A stretch of 49,330 nucleotides of DNA, the filler included, from Bipalium vagum (taxonomy: Eukaryota), in the NCBI GenBank assembly GCA_037834085.1. It is 2 parts of 2 records of this genome, joined end to end, with 100 filler letters (N's around TTAATTAATTAA, not from the genome) between each part and the next. Parts side by side here need not be neighbours in the genome. Positions count along the whole stretch, not along the records: positions 1 to 31,222 come from JBBMKC010256724.1; 1 more part is not named here. One strand, written 5' to 3'. The notes under the pieces are model-generated. The model ran no database searches. It was not told the origin of the DNA and saw only the letters and a list, made by a program, of their open reading frames with translations. How positions within the stretch are numbered: position 1 is the stretch's first letter; the number at the start of each line of letters is the position of its first letter. Shown piece after piece: positions 12,341 to 25,416 of this stretch. Made by a program: the position numbers and the translations under genes.

Positions 12341-12610
12341 AAAAATTGCATCAAATTGACTCCTGGCTTGTAATGAAATGTCAACCTACTTCAGCCTGTG
12401 TACAAAAAATTTCTCCATGATAAAATGAGCTTTAAGCTAAGGAGAGAAACTTTGCTCTTGATAACACAAAATATTATATTATTGTTATGTTTGTTTGGTT
12501 AGCCAAGGAGACACCCTTGTAAACCCTTGTAAAAGCATGTTAGAGACCGCAATAGGGTCTAGATTAGTTATCATTATTATAAATTAATTATTAAGAACCG
12601 AAAATGGTTA

Positions 12611-12612
<2 letters not shown>

Positions 12613-12670
<58 letters not shown>
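12613..12670. repeat. (AAT)n microsatellite
   Basis: Pure array. Confidence 0.97.
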
Positions 12671-12671
<1 letters not shown>

Positions 12672-13914
12672 TAATTAAAAAATACATTAAAACAAAAAGG
12701 AATTATTAATTTTAAGGGATCTAATCTTGACAATTGCAAACCTTAATTGCCAAGATTAGATCAGAGTCCGCAAGGAGGAACCGATTTAGAATTATCGATA
12801 TAAAAAGGGAATCGACATTCCCCATTAATCAAACTGATCTACGACTGATAAGTCGTCTGATCAGAATGGTATATAAGGAGTTGGAATCCGCAGTGGATTG
12901 CCACAAAATTCTATGAGACGAGAAAAATTCTACAAGACGTTGGAAGAAACCGAATTCGCGAGACGTGGAAGTCTTTAACAGTAACCATTCTTTATGCTCA
13001 CGACGGGTCCTGTGCTGTTAGGGGGTTTCTGAGCGGACCGGATTGGGCTCAGCTAACCACCCTTTGGACCTGTTGTCACAAGTGGTGAGAAAAACTTGAT
13101 TTTGTCTTTTTTTCTTTTTTAATTAATTGATATTTAATCCTTTAATTGATATTGATATTAAATTATTTGATTTTAGTTTAATTGATTATTATTGACGTTG
13201 ATTTTTAGTGAGATTGATTGCAGACATTTTATTGATCATTTGAAAAATTTTGTTACTGTTTGTATTGTTATTTTAGCAATAAGGTGTTGTTCGTAGTTGT
13301 TTGATTCATTGATTTACGTACACGTATAGGCAAAGTGAAGGGGTCAGTAACTTTGCGAGCTAAGTGTTACGACAGTGTTCATAGTGAAATAATATCGTAA
13401 TATGTTTAATAAATTCAAATTATTTTTATTATTGATGTACAAATTAATTACCATTGAAAAAGTAAAAAAAAAGTCATAATAATAATAAGGCATAAAATAT
13501 GAAAATTAAAAATTTATTAGCCAATTGAAATATTAATNNNNNNNNNNNNNNNNNNNNNNNNNNNNNNNNNNNNNNNNNNNNNNNNNNNNNNNNNNNNNNN
13601 NNNNNNNNNNNNNNNNNNNNNNNNNNNNNNNNNNNNNNNNNNNNNNNNNNNNNNNNNNNNNNNNNNNNNNNNNNNNNNNNNNNNNNNNNNNNNNNNNNNN
13701 NNNNNNCTGTAAAGGTCATGACAACGATAGTGAAGTAAACAGAGAAGCGCAGTCAAACATTCACGACTACGAACTTTGGTTTCCATGACATAATACTATT
13801 ATGACTTTCAAGACCTTGAGCTGTCGTCGAATGTCCAGGTCGGACTTTGGAATAGCCTGACTCGATATAGGCCAGTGAATTAGACGAATTTATTTATTTT
13901 TGATACGATATTCG

Positions 13915-15234
13915 ATGTCAAACCAAAATGAAATCGAGATTGACAGCAAAACCAAGCGGTCTGCAGCCGAGGAGCTAAAGGAGGACCCCTCGCAGGTGAA
14001 CAATCACATTGAGAGTCTGCGAAGGCTGGTACAATCAATGCCACACCTTCAGTGTCCAACGGGTAGCACAACCTTGATTTTCAATAATGAAAGTGACCTT
14101 GTGATGCAGATGCACAATTTTTGCTCAGATTCCTAAGGGTCTCGAGATTTGATCTCGGCCAGGCTCAGAAAAGACTGGACAACTTTTGCACCGTGCGCAC
14201 ATCCTGGAGAGGCTTTCCAGACTACTTCAAGCTGTACAGCGTGGACCACTCCCTCATTGATGGTTTTCTAAGGATAAGGTGAAATTTATCTGATGTTGAT
14301 GGGTATTTCTTCTTATTTCGAAGCAGGTACTTCATTCCTCTTGGCAGGGTCGATTCCGGGGAGGAGGTTCTTTTACTCAGATTCGGTCGGTTGTCTTTTT
14401 TTATCATAAATGTTTACCATGAATATAATGATAATGTTTTCAACCTTGGTCTCGTTCAGAGGACTGGGATCCCGAGGCCTTGTCCCTGATCCGTCTAATC
14501 AACCTGTTCAACATGAGTCTGGACGTTCTGATGTCACAGGAGGGGTGCCAGACGCATGGCTTGAAAATTATCTACGACTTCTATGGAGGTAGTAGCAAGA
14601 ACTTGGAGGCCGTCTGCGACCCGGCGATGCTGAAGGCGGCCTACGTCTCTTTTCAGGTTTGCCTCACTTCCAATCCAACCCTCGCTGATAATATTAGTAG
14701 GATGCCTATCCCATGAGACTGAAGAGCCAGATCTTCTACAGCGACTCTGTTCTGCTTGAAAGGCTTTCTCACATGAGCATGTTCTTCTTCAACGAAAAAA
14801 TGAAAAAGAGGGTAAGTTCGGAAAGTAAGGAACATTATCAGTGATAATAGTCATGATAATAACATGATTACCTTTATCCAATGGTTCCGAATAACGATCG
14901 ACTCCCTAGGCGTCCTGGCTGCGGAATGATATCAGCGAGATAATCGAAATGGTCCCCGGACTGGAGAGAATCCTGCCGACGGAGTACAGGGGTCTTGGAG
15001 GTTCGCTGGACCATTGTGCTGGTAAGCGGTGGGTTCATCCGTGGAATGAACATCATTTGTGTTTCAGAGAGGTGGAATGAACGGTTTAAAGTGTTCTACG
15101 CCAATGGACACCCTTTCCAGTCAATCCATGTAGATGAGACAAAACGACCCGAGGAAACCTTGGACTACTTACCGAACTATGATGACTACAAGGGTACAAT
15201 TGACGAAGTGAAAAGGTCCAGCCCAGCGTCCTAG
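13915..15234 (+). CDS. CRAL-TRIO (Sec14-like; alpha-TTP/clavesin/retinol-binding pinta family) lipid-binding protein
   Basis: Seven exons joined by short GT-AG introns give A.EELKED...D AQFLLRFLRVSRFD..AQKRLDNF...QTHGLKIIYDF...FQ DAYPMRLK...FFNEKMKKR...ILPTEYRG.GG...IHVDETKRP. An alternative last intron would end the CDS near 15287. Confidence 0.92.
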
Positions 15235-16436
15235 ATTTTTTATGGAAGTGATCCAAACTTTATTCAGATTGGAGATTTTGTTTTAATGAGAACGACCCTG
15301 GCTTGCCCTCGGTAGGAAATAAAGCTGAGAGTAACGTATTTCCTCTTTTTCATTGATTTGTAGAAATATAAATAAATAAATAAAGCCTTTGGCAGACGAA
15401 TAATAATTATAAAAAATAAAATGAGTGAATTAAAACAAAAAAATTAAAAATAAAAAATTGTTTAAATGGATGGAAATAAAGGTCAATGTTGAGAAAGAAC
15501 GTTTTCCCGATCCAAATTGTGTCGTTTGTGTTTGGAAGCTTGCCCTCGAGAAGACGAGGGAACGGTCACCAGGAGTTGGATTAAGACACAGAAACGACCC
15601 AGAAGAAGCCCAACTCATGGCCAAGATTGTTCCTTCATTTCTCATTTTGTCTGTTCAGTATCAAAACCTGTGTCTCTCCACATATTTTACCAGTGAGATT
15701 CCAAAGAACCCCTGACCACTCTTTAGAGCTGTTTTAAATTAGTGGAAATGTTTCAGAAACTTCAGAGATTTCAGAGAAAGAGTTAATGTTTGGATGGGTT
15801 TTTCAATGTTCCGTGTTTACGATCCACCTTTCTATCATGAGAGTGTGGATGGAGAAAATTCTCAAGATATGCCTAAGTGTAACTTCGTCCTACAATGTTG
15901 TTGTAGAATGAAATCTTGAATAAATGTCCCACAAGATGGCCCCCTACCGCTCATTATTGAAAGAGGTTTTTAAACACCCATCTTCATTTAAGATGGATTT
16001 GCAAAGCTGGACCATATCACCAAACACCGCTTGATTTCGTCCTTTGGAGACATCTGAGGACAAAGGTATGTTTAGTAGAAGGAAACCCAAAGGTAACCAT
16101 GACCTGAAATGGAAAATGACCTTCAAATGGAAGTATCAGCAATGTCACCAGAAACGTGTCAGAACTTTATCACTTTTAAAATCTCTTACGTTGCTGTATG
16201 AAAGGTGAAGGTCATTCTGTAGAAAAATATTACATTTAATAAATGTGACCCTGTCAACAATTGCAGTGCCTTGTCGAATATATTCGGCGGTGTCACATTT
16301 TAATCTCGGATCCTTACTTTGTGCCACCCTGTCCATTGCAATAGCCTTCATTGGTTTAAATTTTATCCTTATTATCATAATTTAAATTAAAATTATTAAA
16401 GTTGAGGTTTTAAATAAAAATTTCCTTGGTCTACCT

Positions 16437-16505
16437 AAGTGGTTCTCAACCCCGATGTCGTGACCCCAAATAGGGTCGGCAAGCATTTTTAAAGGGTCGT
16501 CGACT
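16437..16505 (+). mobile_element. hAT (Charlie-like) transposon end remnant
   Basis: AGTGGTTCTCAACC...GTCGTGACCCC...GGGTCG resembles the typical CAGTGGTTCTCAACC terminus with GGGTCGCGACCC subterminal motifs. The partner end was not found. Confidence 0.55.
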
Positions 16506-19500
16506 TATGGTAGATGTACAAATCATTGCATGTGAAAAATCGTTTTTTATGATGCTGATTAAACTACTTCTGTCCTTCGTCAGATGTTTATTTACCTTCA
16601 AGTGTCTTATCTAAAACGTCTTATCATTTCTTATTATAATTGGCCTTTGTCTTGGACGCTTTCACTTCTTTAATTGTCCTAATCTTTGGTTGTGATAATC
16701 ATATCTCGAGTCAAAAGACATTTATTATCGATCATACCAACCAAGTCCATAATGATTTCGATTACAGGGGCCAGGAACACATGGATAGGTCAGGACTTGG
16801 TATGCATGAGAGAAATGGTTTGGTTATGATAAGAGTACAGGGTTCGCAGTCAAAAGGGTGAAGGACAATTCACATATACCAAATAAAGATTCAACGTGTA
16901 CGAGGATATTTTGGCAATGTCTTACTTTCAATTTCCTAAGGATGAAGAACTATCTTCTCCAAATAAATGAGAGAGGTATTGTGGTGACGATGTTTTAGTC
17001 AAATCTCAGAGATTCTTGAAATTTAATCTTTTGAAGGCTCAGAAAGGAATTTTTTCAGTTTCACAAGGTTGATTGAACCCACGTCAATGGTCCCAGAAAA
17101 TACAATTAGATTTATTCACAGTCCTTTGGGTTTTCGCTCTTTCTGTTTCATCTTTTTGCTTCAGTTGAGCTTGACTCAAAAGAGGCGGTTGAAGGGTTAG
17201 CATAACGTTCACTTTTTAAAAAAGAAATCCGTCTAAAGAAGTTTACAAAACAAACCGTTCCTTTCGTGTCTGATTTCTCATCCAGAATAACTTTAGCTTT
17301 CCTTTGCTAACTCATGTGCACTCCATCACTGATGGTCGATGTTACAAAGTACAACAACACTGGATACATTCAGGAGGTGTTCGATTTTTACTCAAAGACC
17401 ATTCCTAAAAACGGACAAAACATTGACGAAACAGAATTCAGCGATCACCCAAAAAATCGGGACAAAAACTCGGCAACTGATGCGCAAAACACAACAAAAT
17501 AAGTAAAAATTTTACTAAGAAAAAAATGAAATCCCGGCGGCTTCATTTGTGTCAATTGGAAATTCTCGATTTTCTTTTTAAAGCCAAAATACTCTTCATA
17601 CCTTTTTCCGTTGTACCAAGAAAATCGATAACACGTTCAAATTGTTGCAACACGTCTTTAACATTCATTTTACTGGACGCTAGTTTTGTTGGAACATCAA
17701 CAACAGATGTTTCAGTGTCACTTTTTTTACTATAAACGTCACACTTCAGTGACTCTACCATTTGCTAATCGTCCTTTTCACTCTGCATGATGCAAAGAAT
17801 ATACTTATACGGCTCTTGTCCAACCCGAATATTCTAAATGACTTTCATGTTCCCCTTCAGTGAATGTGAGAAAGTAAATAAAGAATTGGACTAAATGTCA
17901 AATTTTTCAAGGTTATTTTGTCTGGTTCTCATTTTAATCATTAGATGTATTATTGGTATGTATAAGTTCAGATCGCTAATGTAAATGTGCAACTTAAGTA
18001 ATATAATAATAAATGTATACATCTAAACATGTATATTTTATTTAAGTGATTCAATATTGATTATATTTATAGAATTAATTTGACAATTAATTTAAGTTTA
18101 CCAATTAATTTGAAGAATGTATTAGTAGAAGTGAAATACGTACATGCATAACATTTATAAAATAGAATCAATGTGTTACTAAATTCTCAATTTTACTATA
18201 AATTTTTGTTAAATTTTTAAAGATTCCACTGTAAACTGATTTGAAAAAGAATATTAAGACTTATTTTAAAATCTTTTGACAAATCAAAGAAACGATGAAA
18301 TTGACGAAAACCCAAAGAAGGTTTGTTCAAATTTACCCAGGGCACCAGAACAGGTATATATATATCTGGTCCTACTTTGCTAGTTTCAAAAATACTCTTC
18401 ACAAAGAGTATTGTTTGCAAGACTTTGTAATCATTTCAATTTTCTTGAATTCAGTTAGTATGCGTATAACCAATGCCTACTTTTCTTTTGACTAATACCG
18501 ACAATTCATCTATGTGAAAGTCGGGTCCACCCAATTATCACTGGGTTCCTCGATTTGGGTTAATCCACTTCACACAGAAGTCAACCTAGAAATCTTCACA
18601 CCATTTTCATTGTTATATTTTGCAGATGCAAACTTCGGGAACGCATATAATGCAAATAATTTTGCATAAGCTAACATGATCGCTTAGAATTACTGAAAGA
18701 ACTTTCGTAGAGATATTATTTTCTCTAAACCTGGACTTCTGAGAACAGAAATTGAATGAAGATTTGCAAAGGATAAGTATTTAAAAACGACTCCCGATTA
18801 TGGAAATCCCAATATTAATGGGTGGCTCAGGTCTTGATTCCTTTGGGTATTATTAACACTGATATCTTTTAACACAAAAATTATTGTAGTAACAGTCGAT
18901 ATTTTTAATAACATTTAAAACAATTTAGAATGACCTCATTGTTCCTAGATAATTTTGGTAAGCACAGTGTTCCTGTGGCTTGACAATTCATGAAACGTAA
19001 GAATGAATCCTCAAACTCACCCTGTGTGGAAAAAAAATTTAAAATAATATCATTTAAACGCAGCTTATACCAAACACTTTAAGTGGGTGTGGATTAAAAT
19101 GGATTTACCCTGAACATATTTACCAAGATAAACTGTAGTCTTGAAGTGAAATTCACCATCCCGATTGCAGTAGCGAATTGGCTGGCACTAAGTATAAATT
19201 GGTTATCTGGGACGTGGCCCTACATATACCTCTGAGACGTCCCATTTTTCTGTTAAAAGATCGCAAAATAATAACTTTTTGAAAATGAATTTCATGCTTC
19301 TTTTCCCCATCATGGAACCATTTTAAAAATAACTGAATGCCTTGTTTACTATTCCGCTTTAATTGAAACTTTTCCTTCGTATATTGTTATTCACATCTTT
19401 CAAGCATCCCGCGCCGAGGATAGCGCTTAAACTTATCCATAGCTTTCTACCGAATAGGCATATTTTACCGGTCTCAGTCCACTTGACCTTTCCAAAGTCA

Positions 19501-20321
19501 AATTCCACTGATTGGAGAATCCCAATAATTTATGTCACTAGACATAGCTAATGGTTCTGAATTGCCACTCAATTTGGCCATTATTATTTTGATGATATGG
19601 ACTGGAAGACCGAATTTATACATTCTACATTAACAGTTTCTTGGTCTCCAAGTCTCAGCATTCAATTAAAAATTCTCACTGTCTGATTCAAGCCTCTTCA
19701 AATATACAATAACATCAAATCAATTTTTATGTGAAACAGAACAAATGACAAGTTAATATTTATTGGAGATATAAATTCAATCAATTAAATTTGTTTCCAT
19801 AATTTAATCTAATTATCCCCACCCATCAATACCGATTTTTAATGGTTCGATCATGCCAAAAGAGAAAAATCAATGAAAAATTGACAACATTCGTACACTC
19901 ACATATTACTATTGGAGTATTCACGACAAAAGAGCCTCGACCAAAACACTGCTTAGAGGGGTAATAAAAGTAAAAATCCACCCAAAACCCACACCCAGAC
20001 ACTCACACAGGCAGACAGACATTCAGACCAGTCTCAGTATTTATCTCTTTTTATTGTTTTTGCAATTCTTTAACAAAGTACGATCAACAGGTTTGGGGAA
20101 AGAAAAACAAACTCAAAAACGATAACAAAGAATTTTCTGGTAAATATATGACGAGTAGTAATAGTAATAATAATAATAAATCATCAAAGAGACGTTAAAG
20201 CCAGCCACCGGTGTACAGGAGAACTCACACACACACGAACGCACGCACACAATCATATCAGACTAGAACGAAACTAAACAGAAAAAAGACACCCAATGCT
20301 TTCTGCTGTCTCCACCGAGGT

Positions 20322-23300
20322 TTACTGAACACTGTTACCACCATCGTTGAGGACGTGGGTCAGAACCTTTTTCCACAGAGATGGTTTGATAAGGAACTGT
20401 TTCGGTTTGAGTGCTTTGAGCATGTCCCGATTGAGACTAGTGCAGTAATTCATTGTCAGCGTGTCAACCTTTTCTGATCGCTTTTGAAGCGCGTGGAACA
20501 TCAGTCTGAATGAGAAAGGAAGATGACGATTATGGTTATTATTGTTGGTTAAAGAGAGATGAAGGAAAACAGAAAAATAGGAGAAAATGAATGAAACGAA
20601 GTAGAAGATATGTAGAAAGATAGAGACAATGAGAGAACATAATGTAAAAAAATAAATGAAAATACTGAGTTGAGAAAATAGAAAGAACGAGTGAAAGAAA
20701 GAAAAAATTAAAAAATATACCAAGATGTAAAGCAAGGAAGAAAGGAAATGAAAGAGAGCTTTTCTTAAGATGTTTTTCCATAAAATGAATCATTGAATAA
20801 TTCCAATAAAGAGATAAATAACAATATGAAAGAGGACAACTCACATTTCCTCATCCGATTGATAGAAACAGCTCAGTCTGGCAACTGAAAGCACTCTGTT
20901 AAAATCGACTTTGACATACTTCGTCTCGTTTTCCTCCTTTTCGTTCATCTTCGTCTCCTGTTTCTCGTTCAATTTGCTCGTGTTCTTGTCTCCAGTCTTC
21001 CCGTTCCCCTTTCTATCGACGTTTCGATCCTCCTGTTTCTCTTCCTTTACTTCTCTCTGGTGTCTTCGGACCATATTTGGAAAGAAAGACGCTAGGAAGC
21101 ACTTCTTCATCAAATTCTCTCTTTCTCGAGCCCTAACTTTCCATTGACCCATGATGAAGGCCGATTCTAATCCTCCATTCCCATAGCGACCAATACGATG
21201 ACCACGTCCATGACGCGGTTGGCGATATTGTAAACTGCGCACCCACGTCATCCAGGCGAGTCCTTCTTTGTCCAATCGGTTGCTGTCGCTGTTACTAAGT
21301 GTCGCTCTCATGGAAAAGTTCGATAACGATCGCAATTGGTTGAATATCCGTCGAGCGTATGCCAAACAAGAATAATTGATCGAATTCTCACTGCACCATT
21401 GACGACTGAATCTGTTCGATTGAGCTTCAAAGAAAATGTTTCGCAATCGAAACAAATCACCTTGTTTACTGTTAGTGTTACCGGTGATGTCAAGGCAGCA
21501 AGAGAAATTTTCATAGGCCTCTTTCCTTTTCAAGACGGCTTTAACCGACAACATGGCAACCGTTGCCAGCACATCATCACGACATGGTAAGCATGACGCT
21601 AAATAAACGACTTTTCCCAATTGGGGATCTAGCGGGAACACAGCGACCGATTCTCCGGCTGATGTCAAGCGACACTGGCGAAACGGATTACCAGGCGATT
21701 GGGAACCGTTACCAGTGGTCATTAAACTGAGGTCAATCAACATTTGCGTAGCTCTAATCCATTTTTCAGGATCGGGACGTGACAGAAACGGAAACCGATC
21801 AAAATCCATCGGCTCTAACGACTGTTCCACTCCCGTTGCCAAGGCCGTCGATGTGCGTCGCCACCAACCTGTCAACATCAAGACCAATGTCGCCAAATTA
21901 GTCTGGTCAATTTCCGGTTGTGGAAACTCGTCGAATGGTACAATATTAGCATTATCAGGAACGTCGGTGTCCATGACAACAGCGTCCCCATTGATGATGT
22001 GGTCATCATGGTCTTGCAAAGATAATTTGGAAATTTTCTCTATTTCATATTCGACTATAGATCGAAATACCATATCAATCGAGGGTTTTGAAAGTTCTTC
22101 GTTAGCATTACCATGGCTCCGCGATGCTGTGGAAGCGTTTCCGGTGAACCCCAATGACAAAGAGTCGTTGCTATAATTCGAAAATGTTGTGCAACCATTA
22201 TCAACTATTGTTTTATTGCCCAGAACACAACCGGCTTCATATAATCTATAGCATTTACCTCCTTTTCCTTTTCCTTTTCCTGTTGCAGCTCCAAGAAAAG
22301 GCGTGCGGCCGCAGCGACCTTTTCGCTGGTCGGCTTCGGCAACAGAGATCCAACGGGTTTCGTAGCGCTCGACGTTCGTGTCGTGGTCGTACATAAAGCG
22401 CTTGACGAGACCGGAGTCGATGACGAAGTCGACGCCGGGTATCGTGAGACTAGTCTCCGCGACGTTTGTGGCAACGATGAGCTTGCGACGCGATCCGTAG
22501 TCGAGGAACACGCGTTGCTTCTCGTCCTCGTCCATGCTGGCGAAAAAGGGGAGCGTGCGCGTCCGCGGCACGTTACGCAGGGCCTGACAGCACTTCCAGA
22601 TCTTGTCCTCGCCCGGCAAGAAGATGAGCACGTGGCCATGATGCGATTGGTCCGAAACGATTTCCAGGACAATGTTGCGGATGGCCGTGATATAATCGTT
22701 CGACGCCGAGCGCGGCAGCGGGCGATATATGACTTCTGTGACGTTCTGGTTTTTCTTGTTTACCGACGTATCAATGTTGATTACGGGACAATAGTTGTAG
22801 TATTTACGGATCTGATCAGTGCTCATTGTCGCAGACATGATGACGATCTTTGGGCGCGCTACCCCGGCGTCCTGATTCGACAACATTAGTTTCACTTGGG
22901 CCATCATCACATCGGCAAAAATTGACCTCTCATGAGCCTCATCGATGATTATGACGCTGTATTTCGATAGAACATCTTCGTATTGCATCGTCCGCACCAT
23001 CAGACCCGTTGTCATGAACAGAATCTTGGTATCTGGCGATCGCTTGTTGAAGAAACGAACGTGAAATCCGACCAGATCACCGGTTGCCTCCTGGTTCATT
23101 TCAGCGGACACACGATTGGCCAAAGAGATTGCAGCAACGCATCGTGGATGGAGACAAGCGATTAAGCCTTTCGAGCCGTAATCGGCTTCGTAGAGATATT
23201 GCGGAACTTGAGTCGACTTGCCACAACCCGTGTGGCCGGTTATGATGACGATGGGATGGTTTCGGACTTTGTCTAGAATTTCCGACTTGTAGTGGGTTAT

Positions 23301-23345
23301 TGGTAAGACGTCGATTGAACTATTCTTGTTCTTTTTACGGCCCAT
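20322..23345 (-). CDS. DEAH-box RNA helicase (Prp16/22/43-DHX33/35/40 class), about 894 aa, two exons
   Basis: Motifs GHTGCGKST, DEAHER, MSAT, LIFLPG, ATNVAETSLTIPG, QRKGRCGR, and HA2 domain FPLDPQLGK. Exon 1 is 23345-20845. A phase-2 intron at 20844-20506 (GTGAGT...TTCAG) joins exon 2, 20505-20322 (ILMFHAL...MNYCT, OB-fold end). Confidence 0.93.
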
Positions 23346-24662
23346 TACACTCTAACGTCCACTGGATTGAGGAATGTAAAATTCAAATTTTCGCAAACTT
23401 GGATAAATTTAAACAAAACTATTTAAACTAGTTCAGTTAAGCGGCGATAAAATTATGAAAACAATTGAAAATCATTTCGTCGTATTGTTTAAGTAATTTT
23501 CTTATTTACCGTTACATAATACTTTAAAACAGGTTTTAATTTTTTATCATATACCACAAAAAGAATTTTAATTTGTAAAAATTAAATAAATTTTTCAAAT
23601 AATTAAAATCAGCTAAATATTATTTTCAAAAATAACAATATCAATTAACATAACATAAAATTAATTTTCAATCTTGTGGTGGTTACATAATATTACTATT
23701 GTGACCTCAAATGGTGTTTATGGTGACATCATTCATTGTTAATAATGAACTTTAACATCCGACTGTAGTCCTACAGACTTTATTTTCTTATTAAAATATT
23801 ATATTATTAATTTTAACTGTTACAAGTAAACTAACACTATCAACACAATTAACATAATTTAAAAAGTTAAATTTTTAATGGTCACGTAATATTTAAAATA
23901 ATAATTATAATATGACGTCATAACCCACTGAATTTTTTATCACATCATTCACTGTTCTATCATCTAACAATTGACTTTTGTTTCACATATTACCTTTGCT
24001 TAAAATGTAATTTTTCATTTCTTTTTTATACTTTTTTTTCTTTCTTTACTTTTTTATTCTATTAAAATAAAAATTTATATTTTATGAAAATTATGATAAG
24101 ATTTTCTGAAATAATCGAAATTTTTTTTTTGATAAAAATCGATAATGTGAATTGAAGGGTTGACACAAATAATGTCCTAAACAATGATAAATGAAACAGG
24201 ATATAAACCTTATTTAAATACATGGGCGCCATCATTTTCAACAATGTCTCTCCAATTACAAATTAATTTTAAAATTTTTATAAAAATTAATTGACATTGA
24301 ATCAAGCAATTTTTGGATGACAATATTGTAACTGAAGAAACGAACTTTTTCTTAATCTTGGTAAGTTGCATTGCCTGAATGGATGATAGACAACAGTTGA
24401 AATGTAAAAGTTCGGTAATCTTTGCGGATAATAAAGTCAATTTGACCTCTTTCCAGAGCATTCCTAATAAGGTATGTGATATAAAATCAAAATAATAATT
24501 TTAATTTTAAATGCAACTTATATATAACATTGTAAGATCAGAAAATATAGGGAGATTGGAAAAAAGTGTTCAAAATTAAAAACCAGAATATTAGTATTAT
24601 AATAAATTGATTTTGTATATTTATTTTATTGGCTTAAATATTAATTTTATATATTAAATTGA

Positions 24663-25125
24663 ATGTTAGAGCACAGAAAATCAAATTACAGCTTGTCAAT
24701 AATGAAGAATATGACTGAGAAATATCAAAAAATTAATTTCAAAATCAACTGCACACTGTCATCAGGCGTTTAAGAGAAACTGATATTAATGAATGAAACT
24801 CAGACGTGGACAGTCTAGAACGACGAGAAAACCGGCTAACAAGCAGAGAATTATAGAAAAAATCCAAAGAAATCCGAGCAGCCTCAAGAACTCAAGGAGA
24901 AAGATAGCGAAAACAACTGGATCGGTACCGAATATCCTAAAGAAAGATAAACTTCAGGAACATGGTGAAGTGGCTGCTTCTGGACAATGTTGAGATGAGA
25001 AAACATCTAGATAGATGCAAGTAGTTGTTGAAAAGATTTTGAGCAGGGTTTCACAGACAGGTTTTATTTACAGACGAAAATTAATTCAATATTCAACAGG
25101 ATCACAGCCCCAAAACAATATGAAC
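24663..25125 (+). mobile_element. Tc1/mariner (maT/DD37D-like) transposase N-terminal remnant
   Basis: RRGQSRTTR...KIQRNP..SRRKIAK...ILKKD...LDRCK.LLKRF...VLFTDE..FNIQQ.H.PQN, with stops and frameshifts. Confidence 0.8.
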
Positions 25126-25416
25126 TGATTTTGAATATGTATTGTGTGAGATAAATTGAAATTAGTCGAGGGATGTAGCTCAGCGGTCAATATTTTAATT
25201 TAGTTTCATTATTTTTATTCCCATATTCAAGTCTGCAAGATTTTCGTGAATCACCCTATTGAAATTGAGTACGAAAATCTTTTCATCATCTAAAACTGAT
25301 GATAAGTAAATCATCAAAGTAGGAAACGGATAATATTCGCAACAGATAATTACCGGCAGTTTTAATTGATTTATTTCCATTGCAACTCTCATTGGTTCGT
25401 CCATTTCTCATGAGTC

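Noticed and set aside
12728-13374. Possible minus-strand solo LTR (TG...CA ends)
   Set aside because: No TSD, PBS or second copy in the window.
15900-19720. Coding-like minus-strand stretches, including a weak integrase-like PYHQNNNGQIE motif near 19560-19620
   Set aside because: Multiple stops and no consistent exon chain or convincing family match.
20539-20844. Hydrophobic Phe/Leu-rich minus-strand ORFs suggesting membrane proteins
   Set aside because: They lie within the pyrimidine-rich helicase intron.
21715-22889. Long antisense and alternate-frame ORFs (153, 155, 168 aa) overlapping the helicase
   Set aside because: Explained as shadows of GC-rich codon usage; no recognisable domains.
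25169-25190. GGGATGTAGCTCAGCGGT resembling a tRNA-Ala 5' end
   Set aside because: Only about 18 nt; no anticodon arm, T arm or acceptor partner follows.
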